Both the position numbers and the translations under genes were made by a program. The notes beneath the pieces were generated by a model. The model ran no database searches. It saw only the letters and a program-made list of their open reading frames with translations, and had not been told where the DNA came from. From positions 1,260,001 through 1,292,000 of the forward strand of contig NZ_CP007754.1 in assembly GCF_000757865.1 (NCBI RefSeq): a stretch of DNA of 32,000 bases. The letters are read 5' to 3'. This document shows, in pieces, positions 1-9,131 of the stretch; within the stretch, counting starts at the first letter, position 1; every line of letters begins with the position of its first letter. This stretch comes from Prochlorococcus sp. MIT 0801 (GTDB lineage Bacteria; Cyanobacteriota; Cyanobacteriia; PCC-6307; Cyanobiaceae).

Positions 1-2066
1 CATATGGTTCCTAATAGTTTTCTCTCTCCTTTACCCATTGGCCATTGAAGATCAATATTAACTAATAAATTTTTAGCTATTATTCGCAGCTCTTGAATAA
101 TTTCATTACCAATTAAAACTTGGAAATCTATTGACTCTCTATAAATTCTTATTGGATCCACTTTTTTGAATAAGGATTCCAATTCTGCAAAACCAGGTAT
201 TTTTAAAAGAGTTGCTAAGAAAAAAGGATCATTAAATTCTAAAGATTTAATGTTTTGTTTAATAGCATTAATAAACCTATCTTCCAAAGAATAATTGGCT
301 TCATTATTAAGCCTAGTTTTCAAAATCTCACGCATCAAATACTGACCAGAGTCCCACCTAGAAAAATAATCATTGTCATTTAAGAAAAGGAAAAGATAGT
401 CATCTAAAAGCAAATCAGATTCCCAAACAACAGGTGAAGAAAATCTTCTAAAAAGTGATAAAACCGGAGCTTCTTTCTCACCTGGGGGAGTATTTATTTT
501 TAAATTCTTCTTATTTTTATCTAAAATAAATAAATTATCTTCAACTATAGGTGTAGTTCCTTTTTCTCTGCTATAACAGGAATAAAGAATTGGTATAACC
601 ATTTCCGTATTTCCACTATTAATTTCGCTATCTATTTTCTGCTCAAAAGAGACATTCAAAATTGAATGTTTTGAATCCCAAGATTGATTTATCAGAACTT
701 TTGGAGTACCTGATTTATAATACCAATTAAGAAATTTTTCTAAATCAAAAGGACAGTTTTTTTCTTCCAAATAAGCACCTTTTATTAATGAATTAATAAA
801 ATCCTCAGTTGTAGCTGCACTACCATCAAAGGTTTTAATATAGAGATTAATACCTCTAAAGAACTTTTCTTTCCCTAGCAATAGCTCAAGCATTCTTATC
901 AACTCAGCACCCTTCTCATATATTGTTGTTGTATAAAAGTTATCGATAGCTACATACTCTTTAGGCTTCACCGCATGAGAGGTAGGACCCTTATCTTCAG
1001 CAAATTGAAAATTCCTAAGTAAGGAAACATCTTCTATTCTTTTTAGTCCTTTACTATGTAGATCTGAGGTAAAAGATTGATCTCTAAAAACTGTCAGGCC
1101 TTCTTTTAATGAAAGCTGAAACCAATCGCGACATGTAATTCTATTGCCAGTCCAATTGTGAAAATATTCGTGAGCTATAACACTTTCTATTCTCTCTAAT
1201 TCATCATCAGTCGCAGTCTTTGAGTCAGCCAATACCAACTTTGAATTAAAAATATTTAGCCCCTTATTTTCCATCGCTCCCATATTAAAATGCCTCACAG
1301 CAACAATTTTATATTCATCTAAATCATATTCAAGACCATAATTAACCTCATCCCATTTCATTGCTTTTTTTAGAGAGTTTAAAGCATGTTTTATATATCT
1401 TTCGTCTCCTTTTTCCACATAAATTTTAATATCAATTAATCTTCCAGTATTTGTTAGATATGAATCTAAGACTGAATTTAATTTACCAGCAACTAAAGCG
1501 AATAAATAGCAAGGTTTTGGGAAGGGATCTTCCCATATAATTTCATGCCTATTATTATTTAAGTTACCTGAATATTTCTCATTCCCATTAGACAATAATA
1601 TAGGATACAAATTCCTGTCTGCCTCTAATCTTACTGTATATCTACTTAAAACATCTGGCCTATCAGGATGATAACAGATTCTTCTAAATCCTTCAGCCTC
1701 ACATTGTGTAGTTAACATTCCTGAGCTTAGATATAATCCTTCTAGCGATGTATTTCTAAAAGGATCTATTTGAGATATTATTTTTAATTCAAATTCTGAG
1801 ACTGGAGTACTATTTATAATCAAGACTTTATCGGAAATAGAATATTCAGGCAGATTCAATTCTTTTCCATTTATTGATATTGATAATAATTTAATTTGAT
1901 TACCCTGGAGAATAAGCTTTGAAGATTCTTTCTTCTTTGGCTTAATTATCATTGAAGATTGAACAACAACATAATCCGAACCAATATCAAAATCTAAATA
2001 TATACTTGGTATTAGAAAAGGATATTCAACATAGTCTGATAATTTAATAGATTTCTGAGTTGACAT
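1..2066 (-). CDS. pepN: Aminopeptidase N (M1 zinc metallopeptidase); C-terminal part lies outside the window
   Basis: Not in the ORF track because it runs off the window edge. Minus-strand ATG at 2064-2066 gives MSTQKSIKLSDYVEYPF... In the same frame, around 1100-1180, I read AHEYFHNWTGNRITCRDWFQLSLKEGLTVFRDQ. This is the HEXXH-(18)-E zinc signature of M1 aminopeptidases. Confidence 0.9.
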   Translation of the reverse strand, partial: MSTQKSIKLSDYVEYPFLIPSIYLDFDIGSDYVVVQSSMIIKPKKKESSKLILQGNQIKLLSISINGKELNLPEYSISDKVLIINSTPVSEFELKIISQIDPFRNTSLEGLYLSSGMLTTQCEAEGFRRICYHPDRPDVLSRYTVRLEADRNLYPILLSNGNEKYSGNLNNNRHEIIWEDPFPKPCYLFALVAGKLNSVLDSYLTNTGRLIDIKIYVEKGDERYIKHALNSLKKAMKWDEVNYGLEYDLDEYKIVAVRHFNMGAMENKGLNIFNSKLVLADSKTATDDELERIESVIAHEYFHNWTGNRITCRDWFQLSLKEGLTVFRDQSFTSDLHSKGLKRIEDVSLLRNFQFAEDKGPTSHAVKPKEYVAIDNFYTTTIYEKGAELIRMLELLLGKEKFFRGINLYIKTFDGSAATTEDFINSLIKGAYLEEKNCPFDLEKFLNWYYKSGTPKVLINQSWDSKHSILNVSFEQKIDSEINSGNTEMVIPILYSCYSREKGTTPIVEDNLFILDKNKKNLKINTPPGEKEAPVLSLFRRFSSPVVWESDLLLDDYLFLFLNDNDYFSRWDSGQYLMREILKTRLNNEANYSLEDRFINAIKQNIKSLEFNDPFFLATLLKIPGFAELESLFKKVDPIRIYRESIDFQVLIGNEIIQELRIIAKNLLVNIDLQWPMGKGERKLLGTI

Positions 2067-2093
2067 GTTAAATAATTTTTTTTCAAATTAGGT

Positions 2094-2546
2094 TTATTTA
2101 TTTTGGTTTAATTGTTCAACAGTTCTTAAGAATTTTTTCTTATCTTCTTCTGGGACCATATCAGGACAATTTTTCATAGCTCCATCAAGAAGCTGTAAAA
2201 CCGCTCCATTATAAATATTTTTATCTGGAATTTTTTCTTTGCCTAATTCTTTAATAAGCCCACCATGTCTACTAGAAATAAGCAATGCATAATTTTTTGC
2301 TGCCAAGGAAATAGCCTTTGGAAATTCAACTTCAATCTGTCTTGCCATACATAAATAGCTAATTCCTATTTGTCTGTATAAAAAGATATCTTCATCACTA
2401 GCAGGAATAAAGCTAACTTCATTCTTATCTGCGCTAATTTTAGTTGGATTAGATTCTGACTTTATTGAGGAACTACAACTCGATAAAAGTATTGAAGCGA
2501 TAAAAAAAGACATCGCTAAGATTGTTTTTCTTGGAGATTTTTTCAT
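2094..2546 (-). CDS. Hypothetical lipoprotein (signal peptide plus lipobox LLSSC)
   Basis: Track ORF 2094-2555. The N-terminus has a basic stretch, a hydrophobic stretch and LLSS-C, typical of a signal peptidase II substrate. The first track codon is TTG at 2555. The ATG at 2544-2546 (MKKSPRK...) is the more likely start. No family recognised. Confidence 0.6.
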   Translation of the reverse strand: MKKSPRKTILAMSFFIASILLSSCSSSIKSESNPTKISADKNEVSFIPASDEDIFLYRQIGISYLCMARQIEVEFPKAISLAAKNYALLISSRHGGLIKELGKEKIPDKNIYNGAVLQLLDGAMKNCPDMVPEEDKKKFLRTVEQLNQNK

Positions 2547-2671
2547 TTTTCTCAATTAATTTTAGTCCGTAAAAACATCTGATGTAAAAAAAAATTTTTA
2601 AAAAAATCTTTACTTGCAGATAATATATATATCATACATTAAGCTCTATATAAATAGATTTTATAAAGCCA

Positions 2672-3229
2672 TTAGTTGGGATTCTTAATCCTTATTTCAT
2701 GGTGATTTTCAACTATCTTCAACTTATCATTAAACCAACTATAAATAGTTCTGGATCTAAATTTATCTTGGTCTATTAAGCGCGTATGTTCTAATATGTG
2801 CCAATTATCGTAATTAGACTCAAAGATCAACTCATGTTCATCCACTTGCCTAATATTTGATATACCTGAAGAATTAGATAAATAAGAACAATCACGAATT
2901 AATTGATGGCCTTGTAATCGAGCAGTTATTTCTCCCTCACTTTTATAGGTTGGGTTTTTAATAAAAAAATCTTTTTGATCTTTGCACCACCAATTAAACC
3001 GATAGCTTTCAAATTCCAAATCACTTGGAATTAACTTGCTGATATTTATGTACATTTCCAAATTAATAGCCTTTTCTTCATCAAAAAAATATTGTCTTTT
3101 AGAGTGCCATAACCCAATATTTCGACCAAACCATCGCCTTAGATTACTATCAAAATCAATTCTAAGTCTATCAATACCTACTGAAGATTTTGTAGTTCTT
3201 CCAATACCAGATGTATGAGAAATAGCCAT
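2672..3229 (-). CDS. CpcS/CpeS-family (bilin-lyase-like, lipocalin-fold) protein; tentative
   Basis: 185-aa ORF with an ATG start. From memory of CpcS/CpeS sequences, three patterns match: G-x-W-x-S-x-R near the N-terminus (IGLWHSKR), LIRDCSY (compare LLRDRGY), and a C-terminal E...R-x-RT...E-x-R pattern. The family assignment was not verified by search. Confidence 0.55.
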   Translation of the reverse strand: MAISHTSGIGRTTKSSVGIDRLRIDFDSNLRRWFGRNIGLWHSKRQYFFDEEKAINLEMYINISKLIPSDLEFESYRFNWWCKDQKDFFIKNPTYKSEGEITARLQGHQLIRDCSYLSNSSGISNIRQVDEHELIFESNYDNWHILEHTRLIDQDKFRSRTIYSWFNDKLKIVENHHEIRIKNPN

Positions 3230-3324
3230 TTTCTGGAACTGAGAAAATTAAAAAGTTATCTCTTTATTATTAGCTAATACCTAAAACGAGTCTCATTACC
3301 TTAAGGTATGCGTAATTATTAAGA

Positions 3325-4482
3325 TTGCTCGACACTGTGGATAGTGCCGAAGCTAATGACAGACGGCAGTTAAAACTGTTGCTTGTGGTATCTCGCCACC
3401 ATCTCTCAAGGAGAGATATTCGTTCGTTAATTGAATATTTAGAAAGAGAAGATTGTGGATTTAATGTCACTCTAAATTTTTCAGATCCAACTGATAATCC
3501 AGAATTACTTGAACTTTATAGACTAGTAGCTCTTCCTGCACTAATAAAATTAGAACCTTCGCCCAGACAAACATTTGCAGGGAGTTCAATTTTTGAACAA
3601 GTTAAAACTTGGGTGCCAAGATGGCAACACGAACGATTTAACAACAGCACAGGAGTAAGTCTTAGAGGAAAAACAATTGAATCTGATCAAACACAAAAAG
3701 AACTTCTTCTAGAGGATGATCTTCTAGTTCTTAGACAAGAGAACGAAACTCTCACTAAAAAAATACATTCGCAAGAAAGCCTCCTGAGAATGGTTGCTCA
3801 TGAATTAAGAACCCCATTAACCGCCGCTGGTTTAGCTCTTCAAAGCCAAAAACTTGGTCAAATCAGCATGCGTAAGTTTCAAGACGTCCTTAAGAGAAGG
3901 CTTGAAGAAATTGAAATACTTTCTAAGGACTTATTAGAGGTTGGCAGTACTCGCTGGGAAAAGTTATTTAATCCTCAAAAAGTTGATCTTGCAAGCATAT
4001 CTGCTGAAGCAATTCTCGAGCTTGAAAAGCAATGGCTTAGTCGCAAAATAAAAATAAACACCGATATCCCAATTGATTTACCATCAGTTTTCGCAGATCA
4101 AAGAAGAATGATGCAGGTTATGTTGAACCTTATTGAAAATGCTTTGAAATTTTCCGAAGACGAAGGTGAAATTTTTATAACAATGCTTCACAGAACAAAT
4201 CAATGGGTTGAAGTAATTGTTCGAGATAATGGGCCTGGTATCCCCCAAGAAGAGCAACAAAGAATATTTGTTGATCGAGTGAGGCTTCCACAAACTTCTC
4301 AAGAGACAACTGGCTTTGGCATTGGTCTTTCAGTTTGTAGAAGAATTGTTGAAGTTCATGGAGGCAAGATCTGGGTAGTTTCTAAACCAACTGAAGGAGC
4401 GTGTTTCTATTTCACCGTTCCTGTATGGCGTGGCCAAGATAAGGTTCAAGAAGCCTTGACGAGTGGCAAGGCGGGCCCGTAA
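3325..4482 (+). CDS. sasA: Adaptive-response sensor histidine kinase SasA (KaiB-like N-terminal domain plus HisKA/HATPase)
   Basis: KaiB/thioredoxin-like N-terminus ([11 protein letters not shown]...IRSLIEYL). H-box AHELRTPL, N-box [12 protein letters not shown]1 [10 protein letters not shown]2 GFGIGLSVC. There is no in-frame ATG near the N-terminus, so the start is TTG 3325 or GTG 3337. Confidence 0.85.
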   Translation: MLDTVDSAEANDRRQLKLLLVVSRHHLSRRDIRSLIEYLEREDCGFNVTLNFSDPTDNPELLELYRLVALPALIKLEPSPRQTFAGSSIFEQVKTWVPRWQHERFNNSTGVSLRGKTIESDQTQKELLLEDDLLVLRQENETLTKKIHSQESLLRMVAHELRTPLTAAGLALQSQKLGQISMRKFQDVLKRRLEEIEILSKDLLEVGSTRWEKLFNPQKVDLASISAEAILELEKQWLSRKIKINTDIPIDLPSVFADQRRMMQVMLNLIENALKFSEDEGEIFITMLHRTNQWVEVIVRDNGPGIPQEEQQRIFVDRVRLPQTSQETTGFGIGLSVCRRIVEVHGGKIWVVSKPTEGACFYFTVPVWRGQDKVQEALTSGKAGP

Positions 4483-4491
4483 CTTTTATCT

Positions 4492-4524
4492 GTGATAAAG
4501 ATTACTTATTGAGTGATTTATCAC
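4492..4524. repeat. Perfect 8-bp inverted repeat GTGATAAA / TTTATCAC with a 17-nt spacer, between the sasA stop and tRNA-Glu
   Basis: Read directly: arms at 4492-4499 and 4517-4524 are exact reverse complements. No T-run follows, so a role as an intrinsic terminator is unproven. Confidence 0.5.
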
Positions 4525-4531
4525 TGCATCT

Positions 4532-4604
4532 GGCCCCATCGTCTAGAGGCCTAGGACACCTCCCTTTCACGGAGGCGACAGGGGTTCGAATCCCCTTGGG
4601 GCTA
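4532..4604 (+). tRNA. trnE: tRNA-Glu (anticodon UUC), CCA not encoded
   Basis: Cloverleaf read by hand. Acceptor GGCCCCA/UGGGGCU (G1-U72 wobble), D-arm GUCUAGAGGCCUAGGAC, anticodon stem CCUCC/GGAGG with loop CUUUCAC, T-arm AGGGG-UUCGAAU-CCCCU, discriminator A. Closely parallels E. coli and chloroplast tRNA-Glu. Confidence 0.95.
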
Positions 4605-4911
4605 TAAATAAAATTTTTTTAAATTTAAAAATTTTCTATTAGAGCAAAAACATTTGATTTTTTACTGTCCCTTGAAATATATGAGCAGCTATTCATAATT
4701 GCTTTTTCCTTTGAAACATTACATAAAAAAATAATATTCTGTTGATCAGAAAAGAAGAACTAACCCTTAAAACTCTTTTGAGTATTGGGATCTAAGAAAA
4801 AAAATGATCTTGTGACGGTCTCAAAAGGTGAACTTAAAAATTAGTAATCTCAAGATAAAACAGCTAAAAGTTACCTCTTCTTGGTAATCTCACTTTCTAA
4901 TTTAAGTTTTT

Positions 4912-6081
4912 ATGGCTTACTCAGAGACAAAAGTAGTACTTGGTGGTCTTGCACATATTCCCATAATAATTGGCTTTTTCTACCTGATAAAAAGGCAATA
5001 TTCATTTGGTGCCTTGCTGAGAACTAGTAAAAATGCTTTAAGCGACAAAGTCAAAGCAGCACCTGCTAAAACTTCTGCTGGATCTGCTAAACCTGCTGCT
5101 GCATCTAAAAAACCTGAATCTATCAAGCCTTTGGCTGAATCCACCCCCTCTGCACCTTCCAAAGCTGCGGCTGCAAAGAAACCTAAACCTCATGCAGATG
5201 TACCCGTAAATACTTACAAACCAAAAGCACCATTCACAGGGACAGTAACTGAAAATTATTCAGCCTTAAAAGAAGGAGCAATAGGTAAAGTTCAACACAT
5301 AACTTTTGATTTATCTGGAGGAGACCCAGACTTTAAATATGTTGAAGGTCAAAGTTGCGGAATACTTGCTGCAGGAGAAGATGCAAAAGGGAAGCCTCAT
5401 AGGCCAAGACTTTATTCAATTGCTAGCACGAGATACGGAGATAACTTTGCAGGAAATACACTCTCATTATGTGTTCGACAACTTCAGTATGAAAAAGATG
5501 GTGAAACCATTAATGGTGTTTGCTCCACCTATTTATGTAACTTATCTCCTGGAGATAAAGTAAAAATTAGTGGACCAGTAGGCAAAGAGATGCTTCTTCC
5601 TGAGGAAGAGGATTCTAATATAATAATGCTCGCAACAGGTACTGGTATAGCTCCAATGAGAGCGTATTTAAGAAGAATGTTTGAGCCTACAGAAATTGAA
5701 AAGCATCGATGGAATTTCAAAGGAAAAGCTTGGTTATTTATGGGCGCACCAAAGACAGCAAATTTGCTATACGATGCAGATTTTGAACACTACAAATCCA
5801 AATTCCCAGAAAATCTTAGATATACAAAAGCAATCAGCAGGGAGCAGAAGAATACAAAAGGAGGAAGAATGTATATCCAGGACAGGGTTCTTGAATATGC
5901 TGAAGAAATATTCGATATGATTGAGAATCCTAAAACTCACATTTACTTATGTGGACTAAAAGGAATGGAACCAGGTATAGATGAGGCTATGTCAACAGCG
6001 GCTTCTGCAAAAGGTTTAGATTGGTCTGAACTTAGACCTAAGCTTAGAAAAGCAGGCAGATGGCATGCTGAGACTTACTAA
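4912..6081 (+). CDS. petH: Ferredoxin-NADP+ reductase (plant-type FNR) with a non-CpcD N-terminal extension
   Basis: FAD-binding RLYSIAS, NADP-binding MLATGTGIAPMRA, CGLKGME, and the C-terminal ...ETY terminal Tyr. The catalytic module starts near VPVNTYKPKAPFTGTV (about residue 96). Confidence 0.92.
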   Translation: MAYSETKVVLGGLAHIPIIIGFFYLIKRQYSFGALLRTSKNALSDKVKAAPAKTSAGSAKPAAASKKPESIKPLAESTPSAPSKAAAAKKPKPHADVPVNTYKPKAPFTGTVTENYSALKEGAIGKVQHITFDLSGGDPDFKYVEGQSCGILAAGEDAKGKPHRPRLYSIASTRYGDNFAGNTLSLCVRQLQYEKDGETINGVCSTYLCNLSPGDKVKISGPVGKEMLLPEEEDSNIIMLATGTGIAPMRAYLRRMFEPTEIEKHRWNFKGKAWLFMGAPKTANLLYDADFEHYKSKFPENLRYTKAISREQKNTKGGRMYIQDRVLEYAEEIFDMIENPKTHIYLCGLKGMEPGIDEAMSTAASAKGLDWSELRPKLRKAGRWHAETY

Positions 6082-6248
6082 AAAGAATAAAAAGTCTGGA
6101 AAGCGATAATTATTAATTACTTTAGAGATATTTTTTCTATATTTAATCAATCAATATCAATTTTGTTTTTGGACATCCGACAAAAATGGCGGAATGATTA
6201 GAAGCAACTTGGATAATATTTCTCATCTGATTGGCAAGGAATTTATCA

Positions 6249-7772
6249 ATGAGCATGCCAGTAACAAACCCATTAAGAATAGGTCTTCGACAAGAGAGAG
6301 TAGTTCCTCCTCAATGTCTGGTTATTTTCGGGGCTTCAGGGGATCTAACTCACAGAAAACTTGTTCCTGCTTTATTTGAGCTCTTTAAGCAAAGAAGATT
6401 ACCAAGTGAGTTTGCCATTTTAGGCTGCGCTAGAAGACCTTGGACTGATGAAATATTTAAAGAAAAAATGGAAGAAGCTCTTTCTTCTCAAATCAACGAA
6501 AGTCCAAAAGAATGGGAATTATTTTCTCAAAATCTTTTCTATGAGCCCGTAGATCTCCAACAACCCGAACACCTAGTAAAACTTGGAGAAAGACTTGAAA
6601 TAATTGACAAGCTAAGAGCAACTCACGGTCATCGAACTTTTTACCTTTCAGTATCTCCGAAGTTCTATGGAAGTGGATGTAGAGCTTTAGCTGCAGCAGG
6701 ATTATTGAAAGATCCAAAACGTAGTAGGGTCGTAATCGAAAAACCTTTTGGCAGAGATTTTAATAGCGCTCAGTCACTCAATTCTCTAGTTCAGGGGTGT
6801 GCCCAAGAAAGTCAAATATTTCGAATAGATCATTATTTAGGAAAAGAAACTGTTCAAAATATTCTTGTTCTCAGATTTGCAAACACAATTTTTGAACCTA
6901 TTTGGAATAGAAATTATATATCGAGTGTTCAAATTACTAGTTCTGAAACAGTTGGAGTTGAAGACCGAGCTGGATATTACGAATCTTCAGGAGCTTTAAG
7001 AGATATGGTTCAAAATCATCTAACTCAAATGCTTGCTCTAACAGCAATGGAACCACCTGGGCATTTTGATCCAGAAGCCATAAGGAATGAAAAAGCTAAA
7101 GTTCTTCAGGCAGTTAAGCTTGCGAATGAAGAAAAGCCCTGGGAATGTTGCGTTAGAGGTCAGTACTCAAAGGGAGGTAGCGATGAAGATCCACTCCTTG
7201 GTTATAGAGATGAACCAGGTGTTAATCCAAACAGCACAACTGAAACATATGTAGCCATGAAGCTGTTTATAGATAATTGGAGATGGCAGGGGGTACCTTT
7301 TTATGTAAGGACAGGGAAACGATTAGCCAAAAGGCTTAGTGAAGTTGTTCTCACATTTAGAGAAGCACCTGTTCACCTTTTTGATGCAGCAGGGGGATGC
7401 CCAACTTCAAACCAATTAATTCTTAGAATTCAACCCAACGAAGGTGCTGAATTTAGTTTTGAGGTTAAATCTCCAGGGTCTGGGATGAGAAGTAGACCTG
7501 TAAATATGGAGTTTTCCTATGACGAATCCTTTGGGGAGCCATCAGATGAAGGCTATGTGAGACTCCTTGCTGATGCAATGCTTGGAGATCCCACATTGTT
7601 TACTCGGAGTGATGAAGTAGAGGCTGCTTGGCGTTTATATACTCCACTACTTGAAAAGATTGAGGATTCTCCTTGGGAATTGCCTGTTTATCCATATGAA
7701 TCAAGGACATGGGGGCCTACTGAATCAGACTTACTGATTGGCAAAGATCAACTTTTATGGAGAAGACCTTGA
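6249..7772 (+). CDS. zwf: Glucose-6-phosphate 1-dehydrogenase
   Basis: NADP-binding FGASGDLTHRKL and the active-site signature RIDHYLGKE. The track starts at TTG 6231. The in-frame ATG at 6249 (MSMPVTNPL...) is preferred. Confidence 0.93.
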   Translation: MSMPVTNPLRIGLRQERVVPPQCLVIFGASGDLTHRKLVPALFELFKQRRLPSEFAILGCARRPWTDEIFKEKMEEALSSQINESPKEWELFSQNLFYEPVDLQQPEHLVKLGERLEIIDKLRATHGHRTFYLSVSPKFYGSGCRALAAAGLLKDPKRSRVVIEKPFGRDFNSAQSLNSLVQGCAQESQIFRIDHYLGKETVQNILVLRFANTIFEPIWNRNYISSVQITSSETVGVEDRAGYYESSGALRDMVQNHLTQMLALTAMEPPGHFDPEAIRNEKAKVLQAVKLANEEKPWECCVRGQYSKGGSDEDPLLGYRDEPGVNPNSTTETYVAMKLFIDNWRWQGVPFYVRTGKRLAKRLSEVVLTFREAPVHLFDAAGGCPTSNQLILRIQPNEGAEFSFEVKSPGSGMRSRPVNMEFSYDESFGEPSDEGYVRLLADAMLGDPTLFTRSDEVEAAWRLYTPLLEKIEDSPWELPVYPYESRTWGPTESDLLIGKDQLLWRRP

Positions 7773-7810
7773 AAACATTGAATCCAATTCTTTTATTTGA
7801 ACAAAATTAA

Positions 7811-9118
7811 ATGTCTCCTCAATTAACCCTACAAACCCCCCTTCAGTTACCTCCATCTGAAATTCCTACCTATCTTGAGCAACTATGGTCTCATGATGAG
7901 CGAGGAGATAAAGGAGCTAACACTTTTTGTTTAATTGTCTGGCAACCGGCTTGGATTGAACAAAAACTAGTCAAAGCTGGAAAAATATCTGGGCCCGTAG
8001 TAGGGAGTCAAAGGAATGATCTTATAGAAGCTGCAAGAGAAATTATTCTAAAAGGAGATCTGCCTAACAGTACTTCACCACTTGATTTCAGAGTTCAATC
8101 TTCAATTCAATGTAAAGAATCAATTAAAAATGTAGAAGACCTCAGAGGGCAAAATATTGACACCTCAATTAGTAATTTGCAACCACGAAGATTAATAACA
8201 ATTGCACCCACAATTGATAAAGAAAATAATTTAGAAACTTTAGTAGCAGCCTATTGTCCCCTCCCTGAAGAGAGCGGAGGAAAAACAGCTTGTGGAGACG
8301 TAATTGTTTTAAGAGGTAATAAAACCGCAATCAATGATGGGCTTGAAATTGTTGAAACTCTTGTCCCTGATGAACTTCCTTCTTGGTTGTGGTGGAATGG
8401 AAGAATTGATGAGGCCCCCGAATTCCTCAATGCTCTAGCGCTACCAAGTCGAAGATTAATTATTGATACTGCATTAGGTGAACCAATAGTCTGCTTAAAT
8501 TTATTGCTTCAAAGAATTCAATCTGGACAAGCTGTTAACGACCTGAATTGGCTTCGCCTTAGAGGTTGGAGAGAAACCTTAGCGATGGTATTTGATCCTC
8601 TTCAAAGAAGAAATGCTCTTGATAATTTACAAAAAATTGATATCGATATTGAGGGTTCACAAACAGTTCAAGGTCTTTTACTTGCTGCATGGATTGCCGA
8701 TCGTCTCAACTGGAAACTTGAATGCCGCATCTCCTCAAAAAAAGATCAACTGAAAGTAAATTTTATTAGTCCTGACAAAACTCTTGTTCAAGTTGGTATT
8801 ACTTCTCTACCAATAGGTAAGCCAAGCATAAATCCTGGTCAAATAGTTGGTCTTAGATTAATTGCAAAAGCGAAGAACAAACAAAAAAGCGATATTTGTG
8901 TAATCCTCGCGTCAGAATCTGGAGAATGCATGAGATTAGAAGCGGGAGGTATGGCAAGAATGGAACTTATTGAACAAGTCGTTCCCATTCAAAAGAACTC
9001 TTTAGAAAATGATGTTGCTCGTTTACTTTCCAGTAGTAGAGGTAATACGAGTCCTTTACTTGCGAGTGCGACTCCAATAGCAAAAGAAATGCTTGATTTA
9101 GTTAATCAAGCCAAATAA
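7811..9118 (+). CDS. opcA: OpcA, G6PDH assembly/allosteric activator protein
   Basis: Lies immediately downstream of zwf, as in other cyanobacteria. The N-terminus (LQTPLQLPPSEIPTYLEQLWS...TFCLIVWQP) parallels the known OpcA N-terminus, and the size (435 aa) is typical. Confidence 0.82.
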   Translation: MSPQLTLQTPLQLPPSEIPTYLEQLWSHDERGDKGANTFCLIVWQPAWIEQKLVKAGKISGPVVGSQRNDLIEAAREIILKGDLPNSTSPLDFRVQSSIQCKESIKNVEDLRGQNIDTSISNLQPRRLITIAPTIDKENNLETLVAAYCPLPEESGGKTACGDVIVLRGNKTAINDGLEIVETLVPDELPSWLWWNGRIDEAPEFLNALALPSRRLIIDTALGEPIVCLNLLLQRIQSGQAVNDLNWLRLRGWRETLAMVFDPLQRRNALDNLQKIDIDIEGSQTVQGLLLAAWIADRLNWKLECRISSKKDQLKVNFISPDKTLVQVGITSLPIGKPSINPGQIVGLRLIAKAKNKQKSDICVILASESGECMRLEAGGMARMELIEQVVPIQKNSLENDVARLLSSSRGNTSPLLASATPIAKEMLDLVNQAK

Positions 9119-9131
9119 ATATCGTCATTAG

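Noticed and set aside
2570-2586. Palindrome ACATC-T-GATGT followed by an A9 run upstream of the lipoprotein gene, considered as an operator or terminator.
   Set aside because: The arms are only 5 bp with a 1-nt centre, so it cannot fold as a stable hairpin. It is not extended by flanking complementarity.
4844-4892. A 9-nt direct repeat GTAATCTCA at 4844-4852 and 4884-4892, exactly 40 nt apart, just upstream of petH. Neither copy completes a GTA-N8-TAC site, but a near-NtcA half-site (GTA-N8-TAA) lies further upstream at about 4782-4795.
   Set aside because: By rough estimate, a single 9-mer repeat in 300 nt of AT-rich DNA is not clearly beyond chance, and neither copy forms a full GTA-N8-TAC site. 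Worth revisiting only if conserved in orthologous spacers.
3036-6717. Track ORFs 3036-3218(+), 3270-3470(-), 4084-4302(-), 4980-5162(-), 5306-5563(+), 5529-5720(-), 5681-5920(+), 6194-6379(+) and 6493-6717(-).
   Set aside because: All overlap the CpcS-like gene, sasA, petH or zwf in other frames or on the other strand. They have no recognisable motifs and shadow-ORF composition.
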